DNA from: an uncultured virus (IMG/VR IMGVR_UViG_3300021962_000038)
Lineage: Duplodnaviria > Heunggongvirae > Uroviricota > Caudoviricetes
Direction: 5' to 3' (one strand)
Length of the DNA: 56,188 bases
Virus record (IMG/VR): IMGVR_UViG_3300021962_000038
Below are positions 19,284 through 29,248 of the stretch, piece after piece (the first letter of the stretch is position 1; the number at the start of each line of letters is the position of its first letter). Under the pieces are notes generated by a model that worked only from the letters and a program-made list of their open reading frames with translations, was not told the DNA's origin and did no database searches. The translations under genes and the position numbers were made by a program.

Positions 19284-19457
19284 ATGAGTGAAATAAGCAA
19301 ACAGATCGTAGATCAAATTGAAAAGAAAGAATTTGCAGATGCAAAAGAATCTATTTTTCAAGGTTTACACAAAGCTGCAGCTGAAGTAGTTGATATGAAA
19401 AGAGTTCAATCACAAGTTGATTGGATGAGTAAAGACGAACCAACAACAGGAGAGTAA
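19284..19457 (+). CDS. 57-aa prohead core protein (gp67-like position); not in the ORF track
   Basis: SD AGGAG; MSEISKQIVDQIEKKEFADAKESIFQGL...; TAATG overlap with the next gene. Confidence 0.7.
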   Translation: MSEISKQIVDQIEKKEFADAKESIFQGLHKAAAEVVDMKRVQSQVDWMSKDEPTTGE

Positions 19458-19753
19458 TGAAAACTTTTCAACAAATCTCTAAAGAATTGAACGAAGCAAA
19501 GTTCAAACTTCCTTCAGGTCATAAAGAACTGAAGTCTGAGATTGTTAAGGTTGGAAGTAAAAAATATGACCTTACCTTTACTCAAAAAGGTAGTAGGGTA
19601 CATGTTTGGATCGATGGTATGGATACAGGTGAAGAATACAGAGACTTGAAAGCTGCTGAAAACGAAACAAAAAACATCAAAGCAGTTTTATTACAAATGG
19701 GAGAAGATTTCTCATTTGATCAATTAGGAGATTTCAATGAAACTAATATCTGA
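19457..19753 (+). CDS. Prohead core protein (gp68-like position)
   Basis: Between portal and protease; MKTFQQISKELNE start resembles T4 capsid-targeting sequences. Confidence 0.6.
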   Translation: MKTFQQISKELNEAKFKLPSGHKELKSEIVKVGSKKYDLTFTQKGSRVHVWIDGMDTGEEYRDLKAAENETKNIKAVLLQMGEDFSFDQLGDFNETNI

Positions 19754-20390
19754 ATTTAACGACCAAAATGTTGCATCTGTAATTGTAGAAGCAAACGAAA
19801 ATGGAAAGAAAGATTACTTTATTCAAGGTGTCTTTATGCAGTCCGAGATAAAAAATAGGAATGGTCGTGTATATCCTAAAGAAATAATGCTCAAAGAAGT
19901 AAACAGATACAGAAAAGATTTCATTGAACAGAAGAGAGCCTTTGGTGAATTAGGACACCCTGAAGGCCCAACAATCAATTTAGATAGAGTTTCACACCTT
20001 ATTACCGAACTCAACCAAGACGGTAATAATTTTGTTGGAAAAGCAAAGATTTTAACAACACCAATGGGTAACATTGTTCGTAATCTCATAGATGACGGTG
20101 CAAAGTTAGGTGTTTCCTCTAGAGGACTAGGTTCACTAGAACAGAAGGGGGATGCCCAGTATGTGAAAGGAGACTTTCAACTTGCAACTGCAGCTGATAT
20201 AGTTGCAGACCCATCTGCACCTGCCGCTTTCGTAGAAGGTATTATGGAAGGTGTAGAGTGGATATATGAAAATGGTAGACTAAGAATGCTTGACATTGAA
20301 CAAATGAAAGAGGATCTTATGAAAACTAAAGTTCATAAGTTGGAAGAAAAAAAATTAGAACTATGGAAGAGGTTTGTTGAGAATCTCTGA
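19737..20390 (+). CDS. gp21: Prohead protease gp21
   Basis: NRNGRVYP, GELGHP, GVSSRGLGS, DIVADPS. Confidence 0.97.
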   Translation: MKLISEFNDQNVASVIVEANENGKKDYFIQGVFMQSEIKNRNGRVYPKEIMLKEVNRYRKDFIEQKRAFGELGHPEGPTINLDRVSHLITELNQDGNNFVGKAKILTTPMGNIVRNLIDDGAKLGVSSRGLGSLEQKGDAQYVKGDFQLATAADIVADPSAPAAFVEGIMEGVEWIYENGRLRMLDIEQMKEDLMKTKVHKLEEKKLELWKRFVENL

Positions 20391-20392
20391 TA

Positions 20393-20400
20393 TATAAATA
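20393..20400 (+). promoter_or_regulatory. T4-type late promoter
   Basis: TATAAATA upstream of gp22. Confidence 0.8.
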
Positions 20401-20428
20401 AATAGAAAGACTCAAACAGGAGAAAACT

Positions 20429-21778
20429 ATGGCAGAGTTAGAAAAAAACCTAAAAGCAATTGTAGAGGCACAACAGCCTAATTCAAATGCTGAGAAAGGT
20501 GACAAAGTAGCTCCAAAGCAAGGTTCGAGTGATGCAGAATCAGTAAATGTTTCAGGCAAAGCTCCAGTCGTCAAACCTGAAGAAAATCCTGTTGACAAAG
20601 CTGTCGATGCAATACATAAAGCAGAAGACGAAACTAAACCTGTCAAAGATGCAGTTAACAAACTAGCTGCACCTGCTGAAAAAGGTGAAAAGTTAAAGGA
20701 AACTGAAGAAGATTCTAAGAAAGACGAAGTAAAATTGTCTAAAATGGAATCCATCAAAGCTGTCGTCAACACTATGAAGGATATGACTAAAGAGGAACTT
20801 CTAAAAACTTTTGGTCACATATCAGAAGAAGAAGTTGACGAATCCTTGACTAAAGCAGAAGTCGCCAGAAAAATCGTTGAAGCACTTAAGGGAATGGACG
20901 AAGCAGATGTTTTAAAATTCTCAGAAGGTTGGAACAAAAAAGGCGAAGAAGAAGAGGAAGAAGAAGAAGTTAAAAAAGAGGGAGTAGAGGAATCTATTCA
21001 CACTTCAGAATTAGAATCTTCATTAGTTGAGATTGAAGTAGAAGACGACCTCAATGCAATCTCAGAAGCACTCGAATTATCAGAAGAGAATGCTGAGAAA
21101 GCAAGAACTATATTCAAAGCAGCTGTTCAATCAAAAGTTGCAGAGATTAGAGAATCATTAGAATCTCAGTATTCTGAAGAATTAAAAACCTCAGTAGAAA
21201 AAGTCAAAGGTGACCTCGCGGAAGCCGTTGATAAGTATCTCACTTATTGTGCAGAAGAGTGGACGAAAGAAAACGAACTCGCAATTGAAAGAGGTTTGAG
21301 GTCAGAAATGACTGAAAACTTCATCGAAGGTCTAAAAACATTGTTCGTAGAACATTATGTTGATGTGCCTGAAGATAAGTACAATGTCATTGACGAACTC
21401 GCAAATCGTCTAGAAGAAGTCGAACAAAAACTTGACAGTGAAGTTCAAAAAAATATGGACATTACTGAAGAGTTAGAGACTATGAAAAGACGAGAAATCG
21501 TTGTGAATGCAGGTAAGGATCTTACCGAATCACAAAAGGAGAAACTAGAATCACTATCTAACGGTGTAGATTTCAAAGATGCAGAAGATTTCGCAGAGAA
21601 AATTTCTGAAATCAAAGAAGCCTACTTCCCAACCGAAGATGGTGAAACTATCGCTGAAGAAACTGTAGTAGAAGAAGGTACAGGAGATTTTGAAGATGGT
21701 GAAACATCTGCGAAAACTTACACACCTGAAATGAACCAGTATCTAAAAGCAGTTTCAAAATTAAAACCATTGGGATAG
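20429..21778 (+). CDS. gp22: Prohead scaffold gp22
   Basis: Acidic coiled coil; VDKYLTYCAEEWTKENELAIERG. Confidence 0.93.
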   Translation: MAELEKNLKAIVEAQQPNSNAEKGDKVAPKQGSSDAESVNVSGKAPVVKPEENPVDKAVDAIHKAEDETKPVKDAVNKLAAPAEKGEKLKETEEDSKKDEVKLSKMESIKAVVNTMKDMTKEELLKTFGHISEEEVDESLTKAEVARKIVEALKGMDEADVLKFSEGWNKKGEEEEEEEEVKKEGVEESIHTSELESSLVEIEVEDDLNAISEALELSEENAEKARTIFKAAVQSKVAEIRESLESQYSEELKTSVEKVKGDLAEAVDKYLTYCAEEWTKENELAIERGLRSEMTENFIEGLKTLFVEHYVDVPEDKYNVIDELANRLEEVEQKLDSEVQKNMDITEELETMKRREIVVNAGKDLTESQKEKLESLSNGVDFKDAEDFAEKISEIKEAYFPTEDGETIAEETVVEEGTGDFEDGETSAKTYTPEMNQYLKAVSKLKPLG

Positions 21779-21798
21779 AATTAAAGGAAAAAAGTAAA

Positions 21799-23109
21799 AT
21801 GTTCTTATCAGAAAATTTACAACAAAAGTGGCAGCCTATTCTAGAGCACTCTGATCTTCCTGAGATCAAAGACAACTACAAGAAAGCCGTTACAGCAGTT
21901 ATCCTCGAAAACCAAGAAAGAGCTCTTTCAGAAGATAGAGCAACTCTTGCCGAGGCTGCACCTTTGAACTCTACTGGAAGTGCTGTTCAGAATTGGGATC
22001 CAATCTTGATCTCATTAGTAAGAAGAGCAATGCCAAATCTCGTTGCATACGACATTTGCGGTGTTCAGCCAATGACTGGCCCTACTGGACTTATCTTTGC
22101 TATGAAAGCAAGGTATAATGACTATCCATCAGCTAATAGAGAGAGCAAATCAGAAGCATTGTTTAACGAAGCTCGTTCAACATATTCTTCATCTGCTCAA
22201 ACTACAACTGCTGGATTAGGTTCAGACCCAGTTAGCGACCCATTTGATGCTACAGGCCCTGATACATACGCAAGTGGTACAGGTGCAGGTATGACCACAG
22301 CTTCTGCAGAATCACTAGGTGATGCTGCTGGAAATCATTTTGCAGAAATGTCTTTCACAATTGAGAAAGCAACTGTAACTGCAAGGTCAAGAGCATTAAA
22401 AGCTGAGTACACATTAGAGTTGGCACAAGACCTCAAAGCAATCCACGGTCTTGATGCAGAATCAGAATTAGCAAATATTCTTTCATCAGAAATTCTTGCT
22501 GAAATCAACAGAGAAGTAGTTAGAGAAGTTAACCTACAAGCAAAAACAGGTGCTTCATCAACTTCAACACCAGGCACATTCAACTTAGATGTTGATGCAA
22601 ATGGTCGTTGGTCTGTTGAGAAATTCAAAGGATTGTTATTCCAAATCGAAAGAGAATCAAATGTTATCGCTAAAGAAACAAGAAGAGGTAAAGGTAACTT
22701 TATCCTTTGTTCTTCAGATGTAGCGTCTGCTCTTTCAATGGCAGGTGTATTAGATTATGCTCCTGCTCTTTCAACTAACTTGAATGTTGATGACACAGGT
22801 AATACTTTTGCTGGTGTTCTTAACGGTAGAGTTAAAGTATACATCGACCCATATGCTGGTGTTGATTACTTAACAGTTGGATACAGAGGAAGCAACCCTT
22901 ATGATGCAGGTCTTTTCTACTGCCCATATGTTCCATTACAAATGGTCAGAGCTGTTGGTGAAAATACTTTCCAACCAAAAATCGGTTTCAAAACAAGATA
23001 TGGAATGGTACCAAACCCATTCGTAACATCTTCACCTTTGAGTGCCGTTTCAGGTGGTAGAGGTAATAACCAATACTTCAGAAAATTAGCTGTTTCTAAC
23101 ATTCTGTAA
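21799..23109 (+). CDS. gp23: Major capsid protein gp23
   Basis: GVQPMTGPTGLIFAM, ELAQDLKAIHGLDAE, FQPKIGFKTRYG. Confidence 0.99.
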   Translation: MFLSENLQQKWQPILEHSDLPEIKDNYKKAVTAVILENQERALSEDRATLAEAAPLNSTGSAVQNWDPILISLVRRAMPNLVAYDICGVQPMTGPTGLIFAMKARYNDYPSANRESKSEALFNEARSTYSSSAQTTTAGLGSDPVSDPFDATGPDTYASGTGAGMTTASAESLGDAAGNHFAEMSFTIEKATVTARSRALKAEYTLELAQDLKAIHGLDAESELANILSSEILAEINREVVREVNLQAKTGASSTSTPGTFNLDVDANGRWSVEKFKGLLFQIERESNVIAKETRRGKGNFILCSSDVASALSMAGVLDYAPALSTNLNVDDTGNTFAGVLNGRVKVYIDPYAGVDYLTVGYRGSNPYDAGLFYCPYVPLQMVRAVGENTFQPKIGFKTRYGMVPNPFVTSSPLSAVSGGRGNNQYFRKLAVSNIL

Positions 23110-23128
23110 TAAACAATTTATTGTTTTT

Positions 23129-23158
23129 AGAGGGGTCTTTTGACCCCTCTTTTTTTTT
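23129..23158 (+). terminator. Rho-independent terminator after gp23
   Basis: AGAGGGGTC-TTTT-GACCCCTCT followed by a T run. Confidence 0.9.
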
Positions 23159-23218
23159 AACTAAATATAATTGTAGTCATGGTGATTACAATTACACATA
23201 CACACACAGGAGAAAATT

Positions 23219-23434
23219 ATGAGTAATTCAAAAAGTGGATTTGAAAACCGAGAAGAATTGTTATCACAAGCACAAGGTATACTAGAACAAAATCTCGACA
23301 GAGAAAATCAAAAGGTCTACCTTCACAATGAAAACTTCCCTAACGACAAAAGAAATTTGGGTGACCAAACAATTTCTGTTGAACAGGTTATTGCAACTGC
23401 AAGACAACTCAACGAGTTCGTAAACGAGAAGTAA
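23219..23434 (+). CDS. Hypothetical protein (late)
   Basis: SD CAGGAG; ACTAAATA at 23160. Confidence 0.7.
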   Translation: MSNSKSGFENREELLSQAQGILEQNLDRENQKVYLHNENFPNDKRNLGDQTISVEQVIATARQLNEFVNEK

Positions 23435-23491
23435 ATTGACCTAAATAGTATACAGGGGGATATTTTTCCCCTGTATATTACGGAGTAAATT

Positions 23492-23716
23492 ATGTCAGAA
23501 TATGCAAAAGAAGTGAAAGTGTTAGAAGGGCCATGGGAAAGGAATGCATTTCCCAATGGTATAGAAACAACTAATGTATTGAATCGTAAAATCATTACAC
23601 AGTATGTAAAAGATGGTTATCTTTGTGAAAAAACTGTTACAAGAGAATACAAAGGAAATGACTACTTTGATACCACCTCAACAAAAAGGATTATAAAACT
23701 TGACAACAATCAATAA
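23492..23716 (+). CDS. Hypothetical protein (late)
   Basis: SD GGAG; CCTAAATA at 23440. Confidence 0.7.
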   Translation: MSEYAKEVKVLEGPWERNAFPNGIETTNVLNRKIITQYVKDGYLCEKTVTREYKGNDYFDTTSTKRIIKLDNNQ

Positions 23717-24236
23717 GTCTATACTTAATAAAAACAACTTTAGATTACTGATAGATAAGGTACCTACTGTAGAGTACTATGTTCAGTCAGTCAATATCCC
23801 AGGCTTACAGTTTTCAGAAACAGTGCAAGCTGCTGGTGTCGGTTTGGATGCATATTTTCCAGGCGACAAGGTGACATTTGGTACACTTGATGTAACCTTT
23901 CTTGTTGATGAGGACTTAGAAAACTTCAAAGAAATATACGATTGGATTGATGCAATCGTTCCTGTTGCAGATCCATCTGCATATCAGGCATATACTTCAA
24001 CAGTAAAAACCTCTACAGGTTTAGTAAGTGCAATAGACAATGATCTAAATCAATACAGTGATATTACACTTGTTATAAACACAAACAAAAATGTTCCCAA
24101 TAAGTTCTTTCGTTTCCACGATTGTTTCCCTATATCATTGGGTGCATTAGAATTACAATCAGGTGCAGAAAGTGAAGCAGTGACATGTCAAGTGTCATTT
24201 AGATTTACATATTATAATATAGAATCCACTTCCTAA
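23700..24236 (+). CDS. gp3: Tail completion/tube terminator gp3
   Basis: TTG start; QSVNIPG, FLVDEDLENFKEIYDW, FPISLGAL; position before uvsY. Confidence 0.85.
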   Translation: MTTINKSILNKNNFRLLIDKVPTVEYYVQSVNIPGLQFSETVQAAGVGLDAYFPGDKVTFGTLDVTFLVDEDLENFKEIYDWIDAIVPVADPSAYQAYTSTVKTSTGLVSAIDNDLNQYSDITLVINTNKNVPNKFFRFHDCFPISLGALELQSGAESEAVTCQVSFRFTYYNIESTS

Positions 24237-24266
24237 ATACCCATAATCGTGGTATAATAGTATATT

Positions 24267-24710
24267 ATGAATTTAGATAAAATCAAAGAAATGTGGAAAG
24301 AAGATTGTGTTATCGATGACATCGAATTAGACAAATCATCTTTAGATGTTCCTAAACTTCATGCAAAATATTCAGAACTACTAACTGATCAAATAGTTCG
24401 TATCAAAAATCTTCAGTTTCAAAAAAACATTCTTATGAAAGATAAGTGGTTATGGTATAACGGTAAATTAGATCAGTCAAGAATACAAGAATTGGGATGG
24501 ACACCTGATCCTTTTGATGGTCTAAAAGTTCTAAAAAACGATCATCAGGTGTGGTTGAATGCAGATGCAGATGTGCAAAAAATTGATGCACAGATAGAGT
24601 TGACCAATATCACTATAAACTTTCTAAGAGAGTGTATGCAAAACATCACTTGGAGACATCAAACAATTAAAAACACTATAGAGTGGCGTAAGTTCATGGC
24701 AGGTTCCTAA
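24267..24710 (+). CDS. uvsY: Recombination mediator UvsY
   Basis: WKEDCVID, PKLHAKY, IKNTIEWRKF. Confidence 0.93.
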   Translation: MNLDKIKEMWKEDCVIDDIELDKSSLDVPKLHAKYSELLTDQIVRIKNLQFQKNILMKDKWLWYNGKLDQSRIQELGWTPDPFDGLKVLKNDHQVWLNADADVQKIDAQIELTNITINFLRECMQNITWRHQTIKNTIEWRKFMAGS

Positions 24711-25375
24711 TGATTTTGAAAAATTATTTTTGGGGTGTATCTAAAGCCTTTACATCAGAAGAGATAGAAGAAATTCATACTATTGCATCTAAAATAAATG
24801 AAGATATTGGAAAGGTAGGAGAAGGTGTTTCATCTGATCCTGATGGTAATATAGACGAAAAGTTTAGAGAAGAAATCAGGAGTTCAACTGTCAAATGGAT
24901 GGAACGATTACCTGATCACTTAGAAAATAAAATGTCTGAACTAATGTTTAGGTGTTTAGATGAAACTGGATGGCGGTTTACAATTGATGAACATCAACCG
25001 TTTCAATATACCATATACAATGCTCAACCTCAAAAACCCAAGGGAGATTTTTACACTTGGCATACTGATGCAGGGCCTCTTCCTTATAAAGATGGGAGAA
25101 TTAGAAAACTGTCAATGACTATCCAATTATCTGATCCTGAAGAATATGAAGGTGGTTATTTTCAATGGTTAGTTCCTAATCAAATATTTGACAGATTAGA
25201 ACTAAATCAAACAAAAGTAGATTTGACTAATGCGATATCTACAACACCATTTAGTATGAAAGAGAAGGGTAGCATTCTTTTCTTTCCATCTTTTCTCTAT
25301 CATCAAGTAACCCCAGTAACATGGGGGACACGAAAATCCTTGGTGGGATGGATGATAGGTCAACCTTATGTCTGA
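24710..25375 (+). CDS. 2OG-Fe(II) oxygenase (PKHD/P4H-like)
   Basis: WHTD, RKLSMTIQLSDPEEYEGG, FPSFLYHQVTPV, RKSLVGW. Confidence 0.9.
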   Translation: MILKNYFWGVSKAFTSEEIEEIHTIASKINEDIGKVGEGVSSDPDGNIDEKFREEIRSSTVKWMERLPDHLENKMSELMFRCLDETGWRFTIDEHQPFQYTIYNAQPQKPKGDFYTWHTDAGPLPYKDGRIRKLSMTIQLSDPEEYEGGYFQWLVPNQIFDRLELNQTKVDLTNAISTTPFSMKEKGSILFFPSFLYHQVTPVTWGTRKSLVGWMIGQPYV

Positions 25376-26789
25376 TACCGTTAGAGTTTCCAAAGTAGAT
25401 GAAGTTTTTCTACAAGTGCATTGTGATAATGGACTTGCAAGGGATCTTTATGAGTTCTTTTCATTCACTGTACCCAACGCAAAATTCATGCCTTCAGTTC
25501 GTAATAGGTTTTGGGATGGTAAAGTTAGACTGTTTTCAATCAAAACTAATAAGGTTTACATAGGTTTATTACCCTATATCGATCAATTTTGTACCGAAAG
25601 AGGATATAAGTTTGAGGGTATAGAGGATGTAATTGGTACTAAAACACGACTTACAGACGATAAAATCAATGAGTTTGTCAAGGCCCTTGACATGGGGTTA
25701 ACACCTCGTGATTATCAGATAAGTGCATTCCGAAGTGTAATAGAGTATGGTAGACAGTTATTGTTATCCCCCACTGCAAGTGGTAAGTCTCTCATCATAT
25801 ATCTACTTGCTCGTTGGTATAATAAGAAAACAGTTATCATTGTTCCTACCACATCACTTGTAGAACAGATGTCAAAGGACTTTATTGATTATGGATACAA
25901 GGATAAAATTTGTAAGATCTATCATGGTCAGGAAGTATTCCCTGCACCTATCACTATAACCACATGGCAGTCATTTAGTAAAGCACCTAAAGAGGTGATG
26001 CAATCATTTGATGTGGTAGTAGGAGACGAAGCACATCTATTCAAAGCACAGACACTTAAAAGTATATTAGAAAAAATGAAAAAGACTGCAATTCGTATAG
26101 GAACAACTGGTACATTGGATGGTTCGGAGTGTCATAGATTACAACTTGAAGGAATGTTCGGCCCAGTAAAAAAAGTGATCACCTCTTCTGAACTTATGGA
26201 ACAGGGAACAATTGCAAATATTGATATACAATGTATTATACTTAAACATCCAAAGTGTCCTAATATGTCATACCAAGAGGAAATGGATTATTTGGTTTCT
26301 AATGAAAAACGAAACTTCTTTATTACTAATCTAGTAAAGAGCCTCAAAGGAAATACATTGGTGTTATTTCAATATGTCGAGAAACATGGTGTAGTATTGT
26401 ATGACATGATGTCTCAGACTGACTTAGGTGGTAATCTACACTATGTGTATGGTGGAACAGATACCGAAGATAGAGAGTCAGTTAGAGAAATTGTAGAGAA
26501 GAATACAGAGGATACTATACTTGCATCCTATGGAACATTCTCTACTGGAGTGAACATCAAACGAATCAATAACATTGTCTTTGCAAGTCCATCTAAATCA
26601 AGAATAAGAAACTTGCAGTCAATTGGTAGAGGCTTGAGAAAGGTTGAAGGTAAAACTAAGATGAGATTATTTGATATTGCAGATGATTTACAGACAGAAA
26701 ATTACACTCTCAATCACCTGAAAGAACGCATAAATACTTATAACGAGGAAAACTTTCCTTACGAAATTTTACAATTTGACTTAAAATAA
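25368..26789 (+). CDS. uvsW: DNA helicase UvsW
   Basis: SPTASGKS, GDEAH, QSIGRGLR. Confidence 0.96.
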   Translation: MSDTVRVSKVDEVFLQVHCDNGLARDLYEFFSFTVPNAKFMPSVRNRFWDGKVRLFSIKTNKVYIGLLPYIDQFCTERGYKFEGIEDVIGTKTRLTDDKINEFVKALDMGLTPRDYQISAFRSVIEYGRQLLLSPTASGKSLIIYLLARWYNKKTVIIVPTTSLVEQMSKDFIDYGYKDKICKIYHGQEVFPAPITITTWQSFSKAPKEVMQSFDVVVGDEAHLFKAQTLKSILEKMKKTAIRIGTTGTLDGSECHRLQLEGMFGPVKKVITSSELMEQGTIANIDIQCIILKHPKCPNMSYQEEMDYLVSNEKRNFFITNLVKSLKGNTLVLFQYVEKHGVVLYDMMSQTDLGGNLHYVYGGTDTEDRESVREIVEKNTEDTILASYGTFSTGVNIKRINNIVFASPSKSRIRNLQSIGRGLRKVEGKTKMRLFDIADDLQTENYTLNHLKERINTYNEENFPYEILQFDLK

Positions 26790-27278
26790 ATGGCAACACC
26801 AAAAGATCTGATCCCACAAAAATACGAAGTTCTTAGACTTAGGAACGGTGTAGAAATTTGTGGTATGACAAGAGATACAGGAGTTGAGGTAATCATTACA
26901 TTACCCATGATCTGTCGTCTTATGGCTAGAAGCCCTAAAGAGACAGTTGCAACTTTCTATCCCTATGCACCTTTGACTTCAGATCACAATATCAAAATCC
27001 CTAGAGATTATGTTGTGCATAGAAATAATATGAACGATCAGTATATACCTTTTTACGATGATGCATCCTCACAATGGATGAATATGATTGAGAATAAGAG
27101 TATTCCTCTTATCACTCCACAAGAAATATCAGAATTTGACAGAGAAGATTTTGACGAAATGTTATCTGAAATAATGGATGAAATGCGACACAGAGGTGAC
27201 AAACCTGAAACATTTGAAGATAGATACGATGAGTTTACAAAGTTGTTAAAACCTAAAAAAGGACAAAAGGTTCATTAG
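26790..27278 (+). CDS. Hypothetical protein between uvsW and gp55
   Basis: Abuts uvsW; VLRLRNGVEICG Sm-like start. Confidence 0.65.
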   Translation: MATPKDLIPQKYEVLRLRNGVEICGMTRDTGVEVIITLPMICRLMARSPKETVATFYPYAPLTSDHNIKIPRDYVVHRNNMNDQYIPFYDDASSQWMNMIENKSIPLITPQEISEFDREDFDEMLSEIMDEMRHRGDKPETFEDRYDEFTKLLKPKKGQKVH

Positions 27279-27346
27279 GATTTAATTCTTTATAAATATC
27301 GTGCGTCATAACGACACTTTATAATAATATATCAATGGAGTTTATA

Positions 27347-27481
27347 ATGACTGAATTAGTCAAAAGAGTAATAAGAGAATTACCTGAAATAGAGACCGAT
27401 CATATATGGGATGTGATTGAGGTGACTGTTTTAATTATCATGTTTGTAACGACTACGATTGCAGTTGCACCTGTTATTTAA
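27347..27481 (+). CDS. 44-aa membrane peptide; not in the ORF track
   Basis: TATAAATA at 27291, SD GGAG at 27337; MTELVKRVIRELPEIETDHIWDVIEVTVLIIMFVTTTIAVAPVI. Confidence 0.6.
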   Translation: MTELVKRVIRELPEIETDHIWDVIEVTVLIIMFVTTTIAVAPVI

Positions 27482-27626
27482 TATATCTCACCGCGGCAAC
27501 ATAGTAATCATATCATACTAAATGAGATTTGAAAAGGGACTTTTCTAAAAAAATCTAAAAAAAAATCATTTGAATAAATACTAAAAACCCCCTTGTAGAA
27601 TGGGGATTTATAAGTATAATATAATT

Positions 27627-28181
27627 ATGACTACGAAAAAACCTAATGAACACTATGTAAACAACAAAGAGTTCACTCAAGCAGTCTCCGAGTATAACAA
27701 AGCTGTTGCACTCGCAGAATCAAAGGGGAAAACCCCACCTAGAATGACTGAATACATAGGAGAGTGCATCTATAAGATTGCAACTCGTTTATCTACTCGG
27801 CCCAACTTTATCAATTATACTTACCGAGACGAAATGATTTGTGATGCAATTGAAAACTGTATTCAGTACATCGGTAATTTCGATGCAGAAAAATCAGACA
27901 ATGCATTTGCATACATTACACAGATTTGTTATTATGCATTTTTAAGAAGAATACAAAAAGAGAAAAAACAAGTTTACATCAAACAGAAAAGTATTCAAGA
28001 AGCTGGTATTCTTACCGAAGTTTTAGGAACACTAGATGGTTCTCATGATCCTGATTTAGTAAACACTAATGTAGAGTGGTTACAAGAAAATATGAACCTT
28101 GTAGAGTACGAACCTAGAAAGGTCAAAAGAACAAAAACCAAAAAAAGCAAAAATAACTTAGATAATTTTACAGAAGAATAA
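27627..28181 (+). CDS. gp55: Late sigma factor gp55
   Basis: HYVNNKEF, RPNFINYTYRDEMICD, AFAYITQICYYAFLRRI. Confidence 0.96.
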   Translation: MTTKKPNEHYVNNKEFTQAVSEYNKAVALAESKGKTPPRMTEYIGECIYKIATRLSTRPNFINYTYRDEMICDAIENCIQYIGNFDAEKSDNAFAYITQICYYAFLRRIQKEKKQVYIKQKSIQEAGILTEVLGTLDGSHDPDLVNTNVEWLQENMNLVEYEPRKVKRTKTKKSKNNLDNFTEE

Positions 28182-29248
28182 TGCAAATAGCCATACTGAA
28201 CGACACACACTGTGGAGTTCGTGGGGATATGATAGAAATGTCCAACTATCAAGGACGGTTCTATAACGAAATATTTTTTCCATATCTAGACGAACACAAC
28301 ATCAAACACATCATTCACTTAGGTGATTACTTCGATAGACGAAAGTTCATCAACTTTGCATCCATGAAAGCAAACCTCAAACATTTCATAGAACCTATGA
28401 ATGAAAGAGGTATCACAATGGATTTGATACTGGGTAATCACGATACTTATTATAAGAATACTAATGATGTCAATTCACCTGAGTTGTTATTATATAACCA
28501 ACCTAATGTCAATGTTATATCAGAATGTATTACCAAAGAATACGATGGTTTCAATATTGCATTAGTTCCTTGGATCAATAATGAAAACTATGCAGACAGT
28601 GTAGAATTTTTATTGGGGGCCGAGGCCTCGATTGCAATGGGACACTTTGAGATTGAGGGTGCATTGATGCAGCCAGGCATGATGTGTCAACATGGACTTG
28701 ATCATTCATATTTGAAAAGATTTGATAAAGTGTTCAGTGGTCACTTCCATCATAAATCAGAAGTCAAGAACATTCGTTATCTTGGTTCACAAATGCAATT
28801 CACATGGTCAGATTATGGTGATCAAAAATACTTTCATATTTTTGATACAGACACTCAAGAGATATCACCTATTCATAATCCACTCACTATGTTTGAAAAG
28901 GCGTTCTATGATGATACTAAAGAAACTTTTGAAAGTATCACTAATGCAGATTATAGTAAGTATGCAGGTAAGTTCACCAAAATCATTGTAGTCAATAAAG
29001 AGAACCCATATTGGTTTGATGCATTCTTAGATAGAATACACATGGTAAACCCTTTACATATATCTGTAGTCGATGATAACAAACACATGGACTTTATGGA
29101 TGATGAGGATATGGGTGATGTTGAAGACACACTTACCATTCTCACAAAGTACATCGATGGTCTTGATATCCAAGGAAAGAAAAAACCCCTTGCAGATTTG
29201 ATGACTTCGTTGTATCATGAAGCATTGGATGAACACAATTATCTATGA
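28181..29248 (+). CDS. gp47: Recombination endonuclease gp47 (Mre11-like)
   Basis: DTHCG, HLGDYFD, GNHD, SGHFH. Confidence 0.96.
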   Translation: MQIAILNDTHCGVRGDMIEMSNYQGRFYNEIFFPYLDEHNIKHIIHLGDYFDRRKFINFASMKANLKHFIEPMNERGITMDLILGNHDTYYKNTNDVNSPELLLYNQPNVNVISECITKEYDGFNIALVPWINNENYADSVEFLLGAEASIAMGHFEIEGALMQPGMMCQHGLDHSYLKRFDKVFSGHFHHKSEVKNIRYLGSQMQFTWSDYGDQKYFHIFDTDTQEISPIHNPLTMFEKAFYDDTKETFESITNADYSKYAGKFTKIIVVNKENPYWFDAFLDRIHMVNPLHISVVDDNKHMDFMDDEDMGDVEDTLTILTKYIDGLDIQGKKKPLADLMTSLYHEALDEHNYL

